Shown: one piece after another, positions 46,192 to 59,789 of the stretch
Numbering within the stretch: the first letter of the stretch is position 1
Layout: each line of letters begins with the position of its first letter
The notes under the pieces: model-generated
What the model was told of the DNA's origin: nothing
Database searches by the model: none
Seen by the model: only the letters and a program-made list of their open reading frames with translations
Position numbers and translations under genes: made by a program
DNA from: Cyanophora paradoxa CCMP329
Lineage: Eukaryota > Plantae > Glaucophyta
DNA length: 64,000 nt
Direction: 5' to 3'
NCBI GenBank assembly: GCA_004431415.1
Contig: QPMI01000494.1
Coordinates: forward strand, 62,001 to 126,000

Positions 46192-48077
46192 TCTTGGTGC
46201 AGTGATAAAACTGCATGTGATAATGATTCTGGCTCGAAGAGCGGCCAGCTGAGGCCAGCCAGTCGCCCAGGAACTCACTGGCTCACTGGAACTCATGAGC
46301 GATCTCTGCTGGGGAAGCGCGCGCCGGGGCTGCGCTGCACCCGCGTAAGCTCTATTCATGCGCTCACCGAATCGCGCTATGGCGGCCCTGCGAGCCCTCG
46401 CGGTGCTAAGCCTTTGAAGCGAGATCAAATTGCCCAGGTGCATACACGGCAGGAGCAGGCGACGATCGAGGCGGGCGCGCGCCAGAGCCACGGTGCATCC
46501 ACGCAAGCTCTATCAAAGCTAACATCGATTCGCGCTCCCGGCGGCCCGTCGCGCCCTCGCAGTTCGCAGCGGAATCGATTCGCCCAGGTGCCCCCGCTGG
46601 AGGAGGTGCCGCTGGCGGCGGGGGTGCATGCCGCTGCCCTCACGCGCGCTCTGCGCGAGCTCTAGATGTGTCTCGTGGCCCTGAACATCTCAACCCGCAC
46701 CGCCCCGCCGTCGCAGCCATGCCATCTGGAACCGCATGACATGCTTGATTGCACAAGAGAGCGCATCTGCCTGGGCGCGGCGGGCCACGAAGCGGGGGCT
46801 TGGCGGGACGTTAGCGATGCAAGCAAGCGATGCGCGACCTCGGAGGCGGCGAAAGATGCCATGGCGACTCGAGGCCTGCGAGAGGCGGGGCTGGATCCAG
46901 TTAGGCGGGGCGCGCGAGCGCGGCGGCGAGGGGCTTCGACACGCACCGATCCGAGACGTTCATGTTATACATGAGCCCTGCGCATGGCCGCTGCGCTCCT
47001 CCGCTGCGGCGTGGCTGCGCTCGGATCAAGTCTCGCGAGAAGGACCTGCGCGTGCGGCTTAGAGTGCACGAATAGACCCTACACGTTAGCTATGAGCACC
47101 TCTGCATGCCAGCGGGCCCGTTCGCTGCCGCCGTCCGCTGCTGCAGGTTCCACGGGAGAGCCTTCGGGGCGCCCGCCTGGGAACACATCCTCTGAGCCCC
47201 GCCGTTTTTTGAGCTTAATCGAAGTTTCAGAGTGCTCTGCACGTATACGCGAAGATTCAGGCGGGGCTCAGAGGTGGTTTTCACGCACCAGCGACCGCTA
47301 ACAAACTGGATCTCGACAACGAGAACCTTAAGGCCCCCGTTCTTAGGCTATAACGAAGCGCTATGATGCATGATACACGTACGCGACTTAAGAAGGGCCG
47401 CTTAAGGTTCTACTTTTCACGCACCGAGGACCTGAAGTTCGGCGCTCCGTGCTCCGGGCACCGGAGCTCGCTGCCGGAAGCCCCACGTACTCTTGTACGC
47501 CTTAGTGACCTTCCGAGCTTGCTGGCTGATGCCGCCCGGCCGCCGTTGGCTGCGCCGGGCTGTCGCTCCTTCCTCGGGTACGGCCGGATTTGGGTCCCAC
47601 CTCGGGGCGGGCTAGTTGCAACGAAAAGAATATTCGATTTCCTTGTTTCAATTAACACAGGCCCCTCACGACAGAGAGAGTGCAGCCCGTTGACGAGTAC
47701 GGCGCGGTGCGCGTTTTTGGGCCAGGTTGCTTCCCGATAGAGCTTCATAATTAGAGAGCTGCATTTCGCATTAGCATCTGCGCACGCCAACTCAGTGACT
47801 AACTTCACGATCGCGATCAGGGGCGCCGCGATTCTGCTCATCCTGATCATGCACATGATCGATATCATGATCAGCTGCAGGGGCGCGGGCGTGCCCGCCC
47901 GCGGTCAGCATTCATGATCAGGCGAGCGTCAGCGACAAAGGTGCTAACACATTTAGCCCACATGTACATAATCCCGAGTTATTCGAATGCATATGCGCGC
48001 TCGATGCATAATGTCTATTTACCTGGACCGGAACGTCAACGCAGATTGCGAAACCCGATCCTGCTGCAGAGCTCGAC

Positions 48078-50334
48078 ATGACCCATGGCCATGGCCAGCT
48101 GCAATCGACGTTGCCGATGGCATGTGCAAGCCCCGAATTCCCACGCGCGGAGAAACTCGCGCAGCTCCGCTCCAGTCGCGAGACTTTGCAAGCGGGCCCG
48201 ATCGCGATCAGCGCTGCAAGGTCGAATTCGAACGACGGCGCCGACGTCGACAGAGCTCGTCGAATCGATATCGGCGTCCTTGACCTCGACAATGGCGCCG
48301 AGCTGGAAGACCCCATCCATGAGCCGGACTTCCCCGACATATGCCTGAGCCCGCCCTCGCCGTCCTTCGAGCTCTCCGGATCCGTCGGGTCCGGATCCGT
48401 GGCGTTGACGGACTGCAAGTTCGAGCTCCGGACCGAGGGCGAGGGAGACTCGCCTTCGCATTCGGAGCCGCTGCAGCTCGAGATCGCCCCCGAGCTCGAG
48501 GTTGTGACGGCCGCCGATTTCATCGAACGGGTGCGGCCCATCGATTCGAATTGTTAGATGCATATGGCATATCATTCTAGATCTTCTCTCTCCGGTCCAA
48601 TGTGTTTATATAATAATCGGCGGCGATCGGCGCAGCTGTGGAATGCGACAGTCGTCGATTCCCTTCCGGAATGGGAGGCTGCTTCGGGCGCCGCTACCAG
48701 CCGCTCGGGCGGCCGCGTGCAATCCGAGCCCGCAAGCCGCAGCTCCAGTAGGCCCCCCAGCGCTAGCCCCCATGGCCACCAGCAGAGTCGCAACCCCCGC
48801 ACCGATCGCGGCGCACGCTCCGCTTTCCGACCCATCGAATTCGAATCCACGACACCCGCACCCGACTTCGACTCGATGGCGAGCGATCGCAGCGAGTGCT
48901 CCTTCATAAGCTTCCCCCAGTACGAGGCAAGTTCGGGCTGCTTTCGGGATGCTTCCATGCCATCCTATCACACCCTTCCTGACACCCCTTCCTCTTTCGT
49001 CACAGCTGTTCCACCTGTGCCTGGTTCGATCCAACCTTCGGAATGTTCGTGTTTTCCCGCGCGTGTGCTTATCCTTCGTGCGTGCACGTGCAGCACCGGA
49101 GCCTCTGCCCCGCGGACTCGAAGTGGGAACTCAGCGACGGCCGGGCTCTCGCGAGGCGAAACTGGGTGCGGCCCCGGCCCGCGCTCTCGTCTTTATTTTC
49201 CTTTTTCGACGTCGTCTTCTGTTTCTGTTCTGGATCTGACGACGAGCAATATAGAATGCGGACTCGAACGGGGCGGCGTACATGGACCGCTCCAAATTCG
49301 AGCACTCCCTGACGCAGGTAACCACACCCCATTGTTTGGTTAGGCATGTATACCTGGTCTGACGCGAGATCCCCTCCGTCCCACGACATGTACAGGTCTC
49401 CAGGCACTGGGCGGAGGACATCGGCAGCACGCGCGTCGCGGTCGGCGTCCACCTCCTGGCCGCGGAGGCCGGCCTGCCCCGGGACCTGCCCACCGTCTTC
49501 CTCGCGTGCCTCACAAAGGTGCGAGCGAGCGAGTGGCCATAGGCGAGCGATCGCGAAAGCCAAGGTTTCGCGGTCCGCTGGCCGTTGACGTTGATCGTGA
49601 TTGACCCCCGTCGCGCGCTCGCGCTCGTCGGCTCGCAGCTGCTGGTGACCGAGGAGCAGGCGCCGCACCTGCCGCCGGCGCTGCAGCCCTGGTTCCGGAT
49701 CGGGATGGGCTGCTGCTCCGGACTCGGCGTCCAGGTCATGCGGCTGCTCGGCTCGATGGCCGAGGAGCGGGCGCGGGAGCTCGAGCTGGCGGGCCGCCGT
49801 CGCACCGCGTCCGGTGCGCTTCAAGGCTTCGATCCCGAACTTCGCTTCGATCCCGAACTTCGCTTCGATCCCGAGCGATCGGCTGACCCGTGAGATCTTT
49901 CGCAGTGCCTCCGCCCGGCGCCCGCTGCGAGCTCGAGGCAGGGTCGACGGCCGCGGGATCCGGAAACCCGAGCGGCAACGGACCCAGCGTGAACGACTGC
50001 AAGGCGCGCCCCGGATCCGGATCCGGGTCCGGCGGCCTCGATCTGGGCCTGGACTGCGGTCCCGGCGCCACGGCGCTCGCCCGCTTCGCTCTGCACCGCC
50101 GCATGGCGAGGCTTCTGGACGTCCGGCGCGCCGCGCCCGCCCCCTACGATCACGGCCAAGCGCCGGCAGCCCAGGCGTCCGATCGCGAGCAGCCACAGCT
50201 GCAGCCGCAGCGCCCCTTACATCGATCTAGATCCGTCCCGAACATCGCAGTCTCCAGCGGGCATCCTCGGGCAGGCGTTTGTCATTGATACTGAGCCGCC
50301 GCGGCGCAGTGTAAGTCTTTTGAATTTGTGATCG
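48078..50334 (+). CDS. Hypothetical multi-exon protein with a low-complexity N-terminus and a possible degenerate EF-hand-like segment
   Basis: GC3-rich open segments bounded by gt/gc...cag, for example ...ISFPQYE, NADSNGAAYMDRSKFEHSLTQ/VSRHWAEDIGSTRVAVGVHLLAAEAGLPRDLPTVFLACLTK and LLVTEEQAPHLPPALQPWFRIG. Start and end approximate. Confidence 0.5.
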
Positions 50335-51362
50335 GGCCTCGGCCTTTTCCTTGGACCTTTGTGAACGTTGCTATTTCTTTAAAGAGGCCTTTTGCATTTC
50401 TATTCATGATGCACCGCATCGTTGTTGTCGCTTTTGCATTTTCGCACGTATTGTCTGAAATAGATTAGATGTCAGCGTAGCTGGCCAGTGGCATTCGTCT
50501 GTACAAAAGCGCACTCATATTTCAAGTAATTATAAGTAGCTTTAAAATTTGAACACGTCACAGCTCGTTCAGAATGTATGTATCGCTGCGCATATGCTGG
50601 TTTACGCGTACGTAGGTTGCCTGCAGCAGTAGATCTAGATGCACTCTGCCAATGTAAGCTGCTCGGTGACTGTGATGTGAGGCAGGCACCGAGAAGCCAA
50701 GCGCCCGGAAGCAGCACATGTATCATAGTATGTTACCGTAGTACGATATCGATAGTCAGCTCAGTAATTTATAAGTGTGTAAGTATTTTGTAAGCCTGGA
50801 ACTGACTCAGTGAAGTACGAGTCTCTGTGTGGCTTTGCAATGGATTAGTATATTTGGCTCATGATCAGTAGATTTAATTACGTATACGTAGAGCTCCATC
50901 TCCAAGCCTCCGGCTATTTATTGTGATCAAAGTCTAGGTCGATATCGCCCTCTATTTATTGGGATGGTGTTTTCCGCGTATTCGGGGATGTCTTCGTTGG
51001 CCTCGAGGCTCGATTTGTCGTCTTTTTTTATCTCATTCTCAATAATATTAATCCTCAATTGCAATGTTGATCGCAAAAGGGACTGTAAAGGATAACACTC
51101 CACTGCTAGCGCTGCTCTAGCTTTACATTTCCTTCTGCCAGGCTGATAATTAAGCTAGGCCTATCTTACGTGCGCTTCTGCACTGAGGTGTCTCTAAATC
51201 TGGGGATCCGGAAAACCTCGCCTCATCCCCTGCCATATATACACTTGCATTGGGTCTGGCACGGCCGCGGGCCCGGGGCAGCGATCCCGCAAGAGTCAAG
51301 CAGAATAATTAAAACAACACAGATACGACAATATTAATGGGCCAAGCTGAAGGCCTGCAAGG

Positions 51363-51390
51363 TCATCGGCGAGGCCTAGGGGGCGCGCCG

Positions 51391-51439
<49 letters not shown>

Positions 51440-54400
51440 ACGACGCTGCCGTGGTGCTGGGTCCCGGTCGCGAGAGTGCACCGCGGCCGGCCTGCACGGC
51501 GCCTGCGCCTGCGGACCGCACGGCCGCAGCGCCAGTACTAGTACCCCTCCCGGGCGCTCGAACCGACAGTATTTCGGAGGCCCGGAGGGGTACGGATCGA
51601 GAGGCTGATCCCGAGGCCGGCGCCCGCGGGGCGCGAGGGGCGACGGAGCCGGCAGGGGGTACGGAGGAGGCTGGGGAGGGGTAGGCCTAGGCTCGGCGCC
51701 GCCGCGGGCGGCCGCAGGGGCGCCGGCAGCCCTCCGCGGGGCCCCGGCGCGAGCGGGCGCGGGCGCCGGGGGGGTACCTCCTTCCAGCGCCGCGTACGCC
51801 GATCGCATGTCCTGCAGCTGCGGAGGCTCGCTAAAAAAGAGGTTCCGACGTTCTAAAAATAGCTCCGGGGGGGTACCTGCGCGTTGTTCTCCTCGAGCTC
51901 TTGCTCGATGAACCAGGTGCGCTCCTCCCCCCGCCTGAATCCGACGGCCTTTTCCTGGAAAGGGGAGGAGCCTTAGAAGATTGAAGGGGGAAAGCGAGAT
52001 GTGGGGGGTACGTCTACCGTGAAGTACTTGTTGAGGGCGAGTCGGAACGCCTTCTCTGCCCCCCCCGCCGCGCAATGGTCCAGCGCCGCCTGCGCGGGGG
52101 TTACCACAAACGAGAATTAGGGGGTACGCTTCCGCACCTTTCGCCACGTCACGCTCGCGAGGCACCACAGCCCCGACCTGAATCCGAACCGCTTTCAAGG
52201 GGGGTACGGCTCCGCTGGCGGGAGCGGGCGGAGGGGGGTACCGGCACGCTAGCGCGGGCTCCGCCAGCAAAACGACGAGGGCCCAGACCGAAGGGGTCAG
52301 CCCGGGTACCAACGCCATCCTGAGGAAAACTTGAGCGGCGGAAACTTTCGCCTACTCCCCCCCCCCCGGGCCCTCTCGGGGGGTACGCACAGCTCGTCAT
52401 CGGCAAGGCCGCGCCTCGAGCAGGCGATGTACCCCAGGGCCTGTCGGAGGGTTGGCGTCGGCGTCGGTGCCGAAAAACGGAAGGGGGGGTACCCCCGCAC
52501 CTTCCTGAAGACCCCGGACGCGCCCTCGCCCTCGCGATCGGACCCCAGCGCGGCCTCCCACCTGAGATCGAATCAGATCAGATCTGACCCAATGAAAGCT
52601 CACCAGAGCAAGCCTATCAGGAGATAATATCTAACCAGGGTAGGCTATTACAAGCTAATGGGAGGTCCGACTTCGATGGAATGCAAGTGCTAGTGCGGCC
52701 CGGCCGACCTCGCAAGGGCGTGGGAGCAGAGCCCGGCGGAGCAAGCCTATCAGGAGCTAATATCTAACCAGAGAAGCTAATCAGAAGCTAATGGGCGCGG
52801 TCTACCTCGCGAGGGCGTGGGAGCAGAGGCCGGCGGCGCCTGGAGAGGAGAGCAGCGAGGCCAGTGTCGCGTCCAGGCTCTCGAAGCTCGCCCCGGCCCG
52901 CAGCTCTGCGCAGGGGGGAAGATGAGAGGACGATGGGCGGGCCGGGGTGGGGGGGGGGGGGGAGGGGAGGGGGGTGGGGGGGTGGGGGTGGCATAGGGTG
53001 GGGGTGCGGGGAGGCCCGCCCGCTTATCTGGGGGGCGAGAGGAGGTGGGGGGAAGGGGGTGGGGATGGGCGGGGGCGCGGAGTGGGAGGGTGGAAGAGGG
53101 GGAGCAGGAGGGAGCGGCCGGGTGGGCGGGGGGAGGGGGGGGGGGGGGGGGGGGGGGGCGGTCCGGACCGTCGAGGAGGAGGCGGAGAAAGGCGGGGTCG
53201 GCTGCCTTCTCGTCCCCCGCGATCCGACCCGCCTGAACGAGGGGAAAGATAAGAATGGGGGGAGAGGAGAAGGATAGGAGGGGAGGAGAAGGGGTTTGGG
53301 GGTACAGGTCGCGCCTGGCGGGGGTCCAGCCGCTTGGAGAAGAGCGCGAGGTACTCCCCCGCCAGCTGGCCCCGCTCCCCGGGGGACAGGGGGGGTACCT
53401 GAAAGCAAGGAGGGGCGGAGAGGTCAGAAGGGGGGGGGGAGGTTAGAGGGGGGTACGGCGCGCCTCGAGGAGGCGCCACGCGCGCTTCTGGCAGGCGGCC
53501 AGGGTCGGCCCTGCGGGGCCGGAGCCGCCTCGGCGAAAGGGCCGGGGGTACAAGAAGAGCGGGAAAGGTGAAGGGTACCCCCCGACGTCGAGACGACGAG
53601 GCGAACGTAGGACGGCCACTGCAGGGAGGGGGGGAAGGCTCGGATCAGAGGGGCGGGGGAAGAGCCGGAGGGGGGTACGTGCCTTCTTCGGGAGCCAGGC
53701 GAGCTCGTGGGCCTTGTGCGCTGCCGGGGTACGTGAGGACCCAACGAGGGACCAATCTATCGAAGTTAAATTTGAACTGATTAAAGGTCTGATGTAAGAT
53801 GTAATCAAGGTCGGCATCGTATGCCTATTCAGAAATGTCGAAGCTAGGTCGACACCGTATACCACAGCTCGGATCTAAAGCTCGGATCTAAAGCTCGCTC
53901 CATACCTATTCGGCTCCTATGACGCATGCGCACGCTTAAGAGAACTGGAGCTCTTTCCCCTCCTAGGGACGCCTAAGCGACGCTTAAGAGTTCTCTAAAG
54001 CTTGGATCTTAAGGTTGAAGTCTTATTCAGCTTCTGTACCGAATTTCGGAATGCGCACCGGGGTCCATGTGGTCGAGGCCGTCGAGCACGAGGAGCAGCC
54101 GCGCCTTCTGCGGCTCGGGCCCCTTCCCCACCGCCGCCGTCGCCTGCGAGCGCGCGCCGGCCCCCGCCCGGTCCCCGTCGGGAGGGAGCGCGGCTCAAGC
54201 TTCTATACAGGAAGCTCGAGCTGGGAGGCTTTAGCTGAGAAGAAGCAAAAGCTAAAGCTAAAGGAGCTCTGAAACGTCCTAGCTCTAGCTTCTAAGAAGG
54301 TCGAGCTAGGAGGCTTTAGCGGGTCAGAAAAGCTCAAGCGTCTTCGTTGGGAAGGCGGCGAGGGGCCGGGAGGGCCGGGAGGGGAGCGGCCGCGGCGCCC

Positions 54401-57400
54401 GGCGTTGGGGGCGGAGGGGAGAGATATATAGCCTAAGGGGGGCTCGAGGGGCGCAATCTCTCTTTATGAACTCGAACCGCCGTCCCGGATGGCTGGCGCA
54501 CGCAGGTACGGAGCGACTGGGGCACGGCGCGACGCGTCTAAGTCGAAGGGAGTTGGGAGTTGGAGAAAGCTAGAGCTGAAGAAGCTAAAGCTAAAGCTAA
54601 ATAGAAGGTACCTAGCGGATGGTGCACGGAGCGGCTAAGTCGAAGGGAGTTGGGAGTTGGGGAGGAGTTGCCTTAGGATTCTTGGTTAAGAATGAGCTTT
54701 AGCGCGAGCTTCGTTGAAAAGGATTTCAGCTCACCAGAAGCTAAATTTAAAGCTTCTTCGTCGGGAAGGCGGGGAGGGGGAGGGGAGGGCGGGGAGGGGA
54801 GGGGAGAGAGCTCCAGTTCGCTTGAGCAGGGGTTGGGAAGGAGGAGGGAGCTGGAGACTTCAGATGGAGCCAACAGCTTAAGATTAAGTTGGGAGTTGGG
54901 AAGGAGCTCTGGAGGAGTCTTGCCTTAAGAGGAGTTGGGAAGGAGGGGGGGGGCAAGCTTAAGGCAGGCCGGGCAGGGGCACAAACAATCGAAGACGCAC
55001 GGCGGGGGAGGGCGGGTGGCGGGGGGGGCGGGGGGGGGGGGGGGGGGGCAGGGAGGGGCGGGGGAGGGGTACAGCCGACGCACTGCGTTGACGGCGGCGG
55101 GGAAGGCCTCCACCGCGTCCTGGCCCTCGGCGGCGCCCCGCCGCCTCGCCTGGCAGGGGACGAAGGCGAAGGCGAAGTGAGGAAGAGCGACGACTAGGAG
55201 GAGGAGGAGAAGGAGGAGGAGAAGGGCGCAGTAAGACGCCGATAGGGACGGGGGCCTAGGGGGCCTAGGCCTGTGCTCTCGCTCGCCTGGTTCGCTGGGG
55301 GCGGGGCAGCCGGCCGGCGGCCGCAAGATACTTTAAATAAAAAATCTTAGAAGAGGCTGCTTTTGAGCTTTATAGAGATTAAGATGCTATTCTCGCTCGC
55401 CTGGTTCGCTGGGGGCGGGGCCCCCGCCGGCGGCTGCCTCTGCTCCGTTCCGTACGCCTCCGCGAGTCGCCGCATGAGCCGCTTCAGCAGGTGCGGTACC
55501 CGTCCCGCCTCTCCCCCCGCCTCTGCGATGCGAACGAAGGCGGGGGGGGGGGAAGTCAAGGGGGAAAGGGGGTGCGGGGTGCGGGTGCGGGAATGGCTCG
55601 CCGACGTAGTGCTCGATCACGACGGTGCCGACGTACCCCAGCTCCTTCGCCCGCCAGCGTACCCCCCTCGCAAAGTTCGCCAGCAGCGCTGCGAGGGCGG
55701 GAAGAACGGTCAGCGGCCGGCCGAGCGGCCCGGGGTACATAGGGCGTCCGAAAAGGGGGGGTAGGGGGGGGGAGGGAGGGGAGGGGGAGACGGGGGGCTC
55801 GACCCACCGGACTTGCCGCCGATCCCCGTGACGCAAATGGGAGTGCTTTCCCGGCCCGTGAGGAAATCTGGGGGTACCACTCGGCTTGGGACCGCAGGGT
55901 TGGGGGGTACGCGGCTTGGGGCCGCAGGGTGGGGGGTACGCGGACCCTCGAGCTCCCGGACTTGCACCAGCTTCGGAACGTACGATCTCTCATGCATTCC
56001 TGGGGGCGCGGCGTTACGGGAGGGGTACTGCGAATGTTCAACTTGGGGGGTACGCACCCGCGAATGCGGAGTGGGCGTCATCGTCCAGCTGCTCGGGGGT
56101 ACGCGAGCCTCCCTGAAAGTCCTGCAGGGCGTACGGAATCGGAAAGAGGGAGGGGGTACGAGACGCGGGGGCAGGCGTACCCGCTCGATGGCGGCCGTCA
56201 GGTCCTCCAGGGCCCACTTCGCAGCCTCCGCAGCGCTGGGGTACCTGGAAGGAAGACGCGAAATCGAATCAAACCGGTACCCCAAGTTCGAAAAAGAACG
56301 GCGCGTACCCCTCCCGGACACGGAAGCCGCTGGATCGAATCCGGCCCTTGAGATCCTCGAGGCGGCGCCCCGCGTGTTCGCTCTCCGAGGGGTACGACGA
56401 CGATGCCGACGGGTCCCGGAAGTAGAAAAAGGTCTGAGAGGTACCTACCGTTCGGCGGGGCGGGGATGCACGGGGCGGGGGGAGGGGGGGGGGAGGGGGG
56501 GGTACGGGCGCGCCTGGCCCTCCAGCCCCCCACCGTTGACGAGCGCCCCGTGGAGCACCTCCGCCTCCGTCACGCTGGAGGGGGTACCGCATCAGCTGGA
56601 GGGGTACGCGATAAAACCGGCGGGCGGGCGCGCCTCCGGTCTCGGTACTCGCTGAGCCAGGGGAAGCGCTCCATCGCGGATTCGAACGTGCGTTCCAGGA
56701 GGGGGTCCCTACCCCCCTCCGGAATGTGCCAGCCGTACCTGAGCGGATGGTGAGCGCGGCGCGCGGGGGCGGGCGCACGGCGGGGCGCGCCTCTCGCCGA
56801 GGAAAGAGATGAAGTAGGGCCTGGAGCGATCGATTTCGCTGAGGCAGATGAGCAGCACGCGCCCACCCGCGCTGTCCTCCTCCGTGAGACCCTACGTATA
56901 CGGGAGAGCAGCGTAGTCTCAGCCGCGCAAGAAGGAGCGGCGGGGCGGGCCGCCGCAAGCCGCCGCACCCAACGCAAGTCGATGGGGCAGAAGAGCAGTC
57001 CCTTCGCGGCGCAGAGGCTCCGCAGCCTGCTGAAGACGAGCTGGTTGAGGATGGTACGCTCCTCCGACATGTCTTTGAACCTGCGAGCGGCCGCGCCGCA
57101 GCGGATGTGCGAGTTAGCGCCCGCGGCCGCCCGCCCGCTCGAAGAAGCGCCAGGCACGCGGGGCGGCTGATGAGATTCTAACTCGATCGGCTGCAAGCCA
57201 TTGCACAAGCGTGCACGGGCTCGGAGGCTAGCGTGCGCTCCGCGGCTGGCGCTGCTTCCGAACAGGCGCGGCTCGCGCCCACGCCGCGCGCGGGCGAACA
57301 GGAGCCGCGTATGCGGCGAACAATCCCACCCTGCGCCCGAAGCGGCGCCCCGGGCCGCTACGCACGTCGAGGAGACGAAGATCCGGAGTGTGCGCTGACT

Positions 57401-57490
57401 CCGGCAGGCCTGCAGCAGCTCGGCCGCCCGATCGCCCGGAGCAGGCTGCGGCGCATCGCCGGGCTGCCCGGAAAGCCGCCGCTCCGACAT
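51363..57490 (-). CDS. DUF4062 + NACHT-type STAND NTPase protein (NPHP3/TEP1/NWD-like N-terminal architecture); many exons
   Basis: TLRIFVSST/FKDMSEERTILNQLVFSRLRSLCAAKGLLFCPIDLRW/GLTEED...ICLSEIDRSRPYFISFLGE/RYGW...RSVTEAEV (DUF4062). P-loop region PICVTGIGGKS/ALLANF, Walker B LVLDGLDHMD, then WPSYVRLVVST and ALGYIACSRRGLADDEL. Stop TGA at 51363. Confidence 0.85.
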
Positions 57491-59537
57491 ACTCGGCGGC
57501 TGAGCCTCCGCCGCTGAGGCGCCGGGCGGGTACAGGCATCAATCCGTGCTGCGCCGTCATCGGGGAAGCCTGCCGCGCCGCGATCGATTGGAGGAGTCTA
57601 AAGGAGGCGGAGAGCCTGGAGGCGAGAATTCGAAGGCGAAGAACGAGCATGCATATGAGAGAAAGGCGAAGAAGGCGAAGAAAACGAAGAGCTCGAGGTC
57701 CGCGCCTGCGACCGGCGCGCGCCTGACGCCTAGGCCTCGCGCGCGCGCTCCAGATCTAGATCCGTCATCGGGGAAGAGGTCCGCGCGTGCAGGCGCCGGC
57801 GCGCGCCTGACGCCTCGCGCGCGCGCTCTCTCTAGATCTCTCGCGCGCGCTCTCTCACGCTCGGCAGCGAGGAAGTTGCTTCAGTCGAGCCGGCAGCGCC
57901 GGCGCCGGCGCCCCTGCATGCGCAGCTGGCGATATCGATATCGATCAAGGCATATGCATGCAGCTGTCGAAGCTGTCGAGCTCGAGCTCGAGCTTGAGCT
58001 CGGCAGAAGACATCGGCGTCGGAGACGGGCAGCCGCGGCGGCAGAGGCCGCCGCCCCGGACCTCTCCTCCTCCGTGCCCCCTCCAACCCTAGCTCCAGCT
58101 GCAGCCGCGGTCGACGTTAACGTTGCGGCGGCGCTGCCGCACCGTCAGCAGCCGCTCCTCTAGATCTTGATCTGCCACCTGCTCCCGAGGACCTCTCCCC
58201 ATGCCCCCTCCGCCACCGCCGCCGTCTGCGGCCGCGCGGGGCACCCGTCCTGCCATCGACATCATCGGGGACGGGCAACGGAGGAGGGCAGCTCCAGCTC
58301 CAGCCCTACCGGCGCCGGCCCGCCAGCGCCGGTGCCGCCGCTGGCCCCTGCAGATGTCCGTCCCAGCCGATCGAATCCCCGCGCAGCACGCTGGCCGGCC
58401 CGGCCCCGCCCCAAGCACCCCAACCACCCCGCCGGCGCCGCTGGAACTGGCCGGCCCCTCAAGCTCGTCGCAGCCACCGCTGGCGCCGCTGGCCATGGCC
58501 GTTTTGGTGGCCATGGCACCGGTACCGCAGCTGCCCGTCCTAGGCCTGCAGCTGTTCGTCCCAGCCCATCCGGTCCCCGCGCCGCACGCTGCCGGCGCCT
58601 CGCCCCCCGCATGGGGTCCGGAGGCGGGGGGTACCAGCTCTGCCGGCCCAACCCCTTCGCCCCTGTACATGTTCTGTTCGGGTCCCCAGCAGCCCCTCCC
58701 GTGGCGGCCGCACCTCTCTCCGCCCCGCCTCCAGCAGCCCCCTCCTCGCGGCCCCCGGTCCGGCCGACTCGTCCCTACCGGCCCCCCGGCATCCGCTTCG
58801 CCTTCTAAACGCGCCTGCGTCTCTTTTCGTAGCAACTCGGCACGGTTGAATTTTGCAGGCTTTGTAAATATATATGCATTCGAATTCAGATCTAGCGCAC
58901 TTTCTTGCGTGGCCCTTGCAATTGGCCTCGGCCTCGGCCTCCGGATCTAGAAATTAAAGAAAGCTCGAGGCGGGGCCGGGCGGCCGCGGCCACGAGCCTG
59001 TCCCATCGCCAGCAGAAATCTTATGAGGGTTGTTTGTTGTTTCGCGGTCCGCTTAACGCAGAAGCCGATCCTTCGAATTCGTTGTTGCGAGCTCAGTGCG
59101 AGCTCGACGTCCGAATTCGGAATTAATGTATTCTCGGCGGCGGTCCCTCCTCCTCCGAGCTCAAGGCCTAGGCTCCCCTGCACCCCAATTAAGACCATAT
59201 GCATCGTCCGGATCCGCCCGGCTCCGGCTCTGGATCTGCCGAAAAAAAACCCGAGCTTGGGCCGCGCGCCCACCCTTAGCCTTGCACCCACGTGCGCTAT
59301 TCCACTATATGCGTGCACGTGTAATCATAGTCGCAATCGATAGAGATCAATTCTCACAAATTTGACATTTTGTGATGGCTTGCGCTCAAAAACCCATTAC
59401 ATGCTGCAGGCCGCAGGCCGGCGCCTGGACCTAAAACCGCACAGAGACGGCGGCCCTCGTGGCCATGGCCCAGTGGGGCAAGCGCGCGCGGGCCCCGGGC
59501 CCGGCGGCCCTGGTGGGGCCGGACTCGCTGCGGGCGC

Positions 59538-59789
59538 CTACGCGGCGAACGCCTCGTCGATGAAGTCGAAGGCCTCCTCGGCGGCGACCTCGAAGTCGTC
59601 GGCCGCGAACTCGTCGAGGCCGAGCGCCTCGTCGGCGTCCACCTCCTGCGTCTCCGCGTCGAGGCGGGCCGCCCCGTACCAGTCGCTGGCCGGGTCCATC
59701 GCCGTGTTGGGGTTGATGGCGGGGTGGACGTCGGGGTTGTAGCTGGCGTCGCCCGGCTGCGGGTAGCTGGAGTTGTAAATGCCCGACAT
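59538..59789 (-). CDS. 83-aa single-exon protein with a highly acidic C-terminal half; function unknown
   Basis: MSGIYNSSYPQPGDASYNPDVHPAINPNTAMDPASDWYG...DEFAADDFEVAAEEAFDFIDEAFAA*. Almost all codons end in G/C. A TATA-like tatata (minus strand) lies ~65 bp upstream. Confidence 0.7.
   Translation of the reverse strand: MSGIYNSSYPQPGDASYNPDVHPAINPNTAMDPASDWYGAARLDAETQEVDADEALGLDEFAADDFEVAAEEAFDFIDEAFAA

Noticed and set aside
47322-47410. Short imperfect inverted repeat (gaaccttaag...cttaaggttc) as a MITE
   Set aside because: Only ~10 bp of perfect symmetry, single copy, and partly explainable by footprint palindromes.
49827-49873. 18-bp tandem repeat cttcgatcccgaacttcg
   Set aside because: About 2.5 copies in a probable intron; ordinary slippage. 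The same applies to the 12-bp repeat at ~19773-19815 and the intronic duplications at ~52607-52771 and ~54539-54660.
57546-59343. Pro/Ala-rich ORFs on both strands
   Set aside because: Low complexity, riddled with fold-back footprints, and no consistent splice pattern or domain. Possibly decayed sequence; not supportable as a gene.
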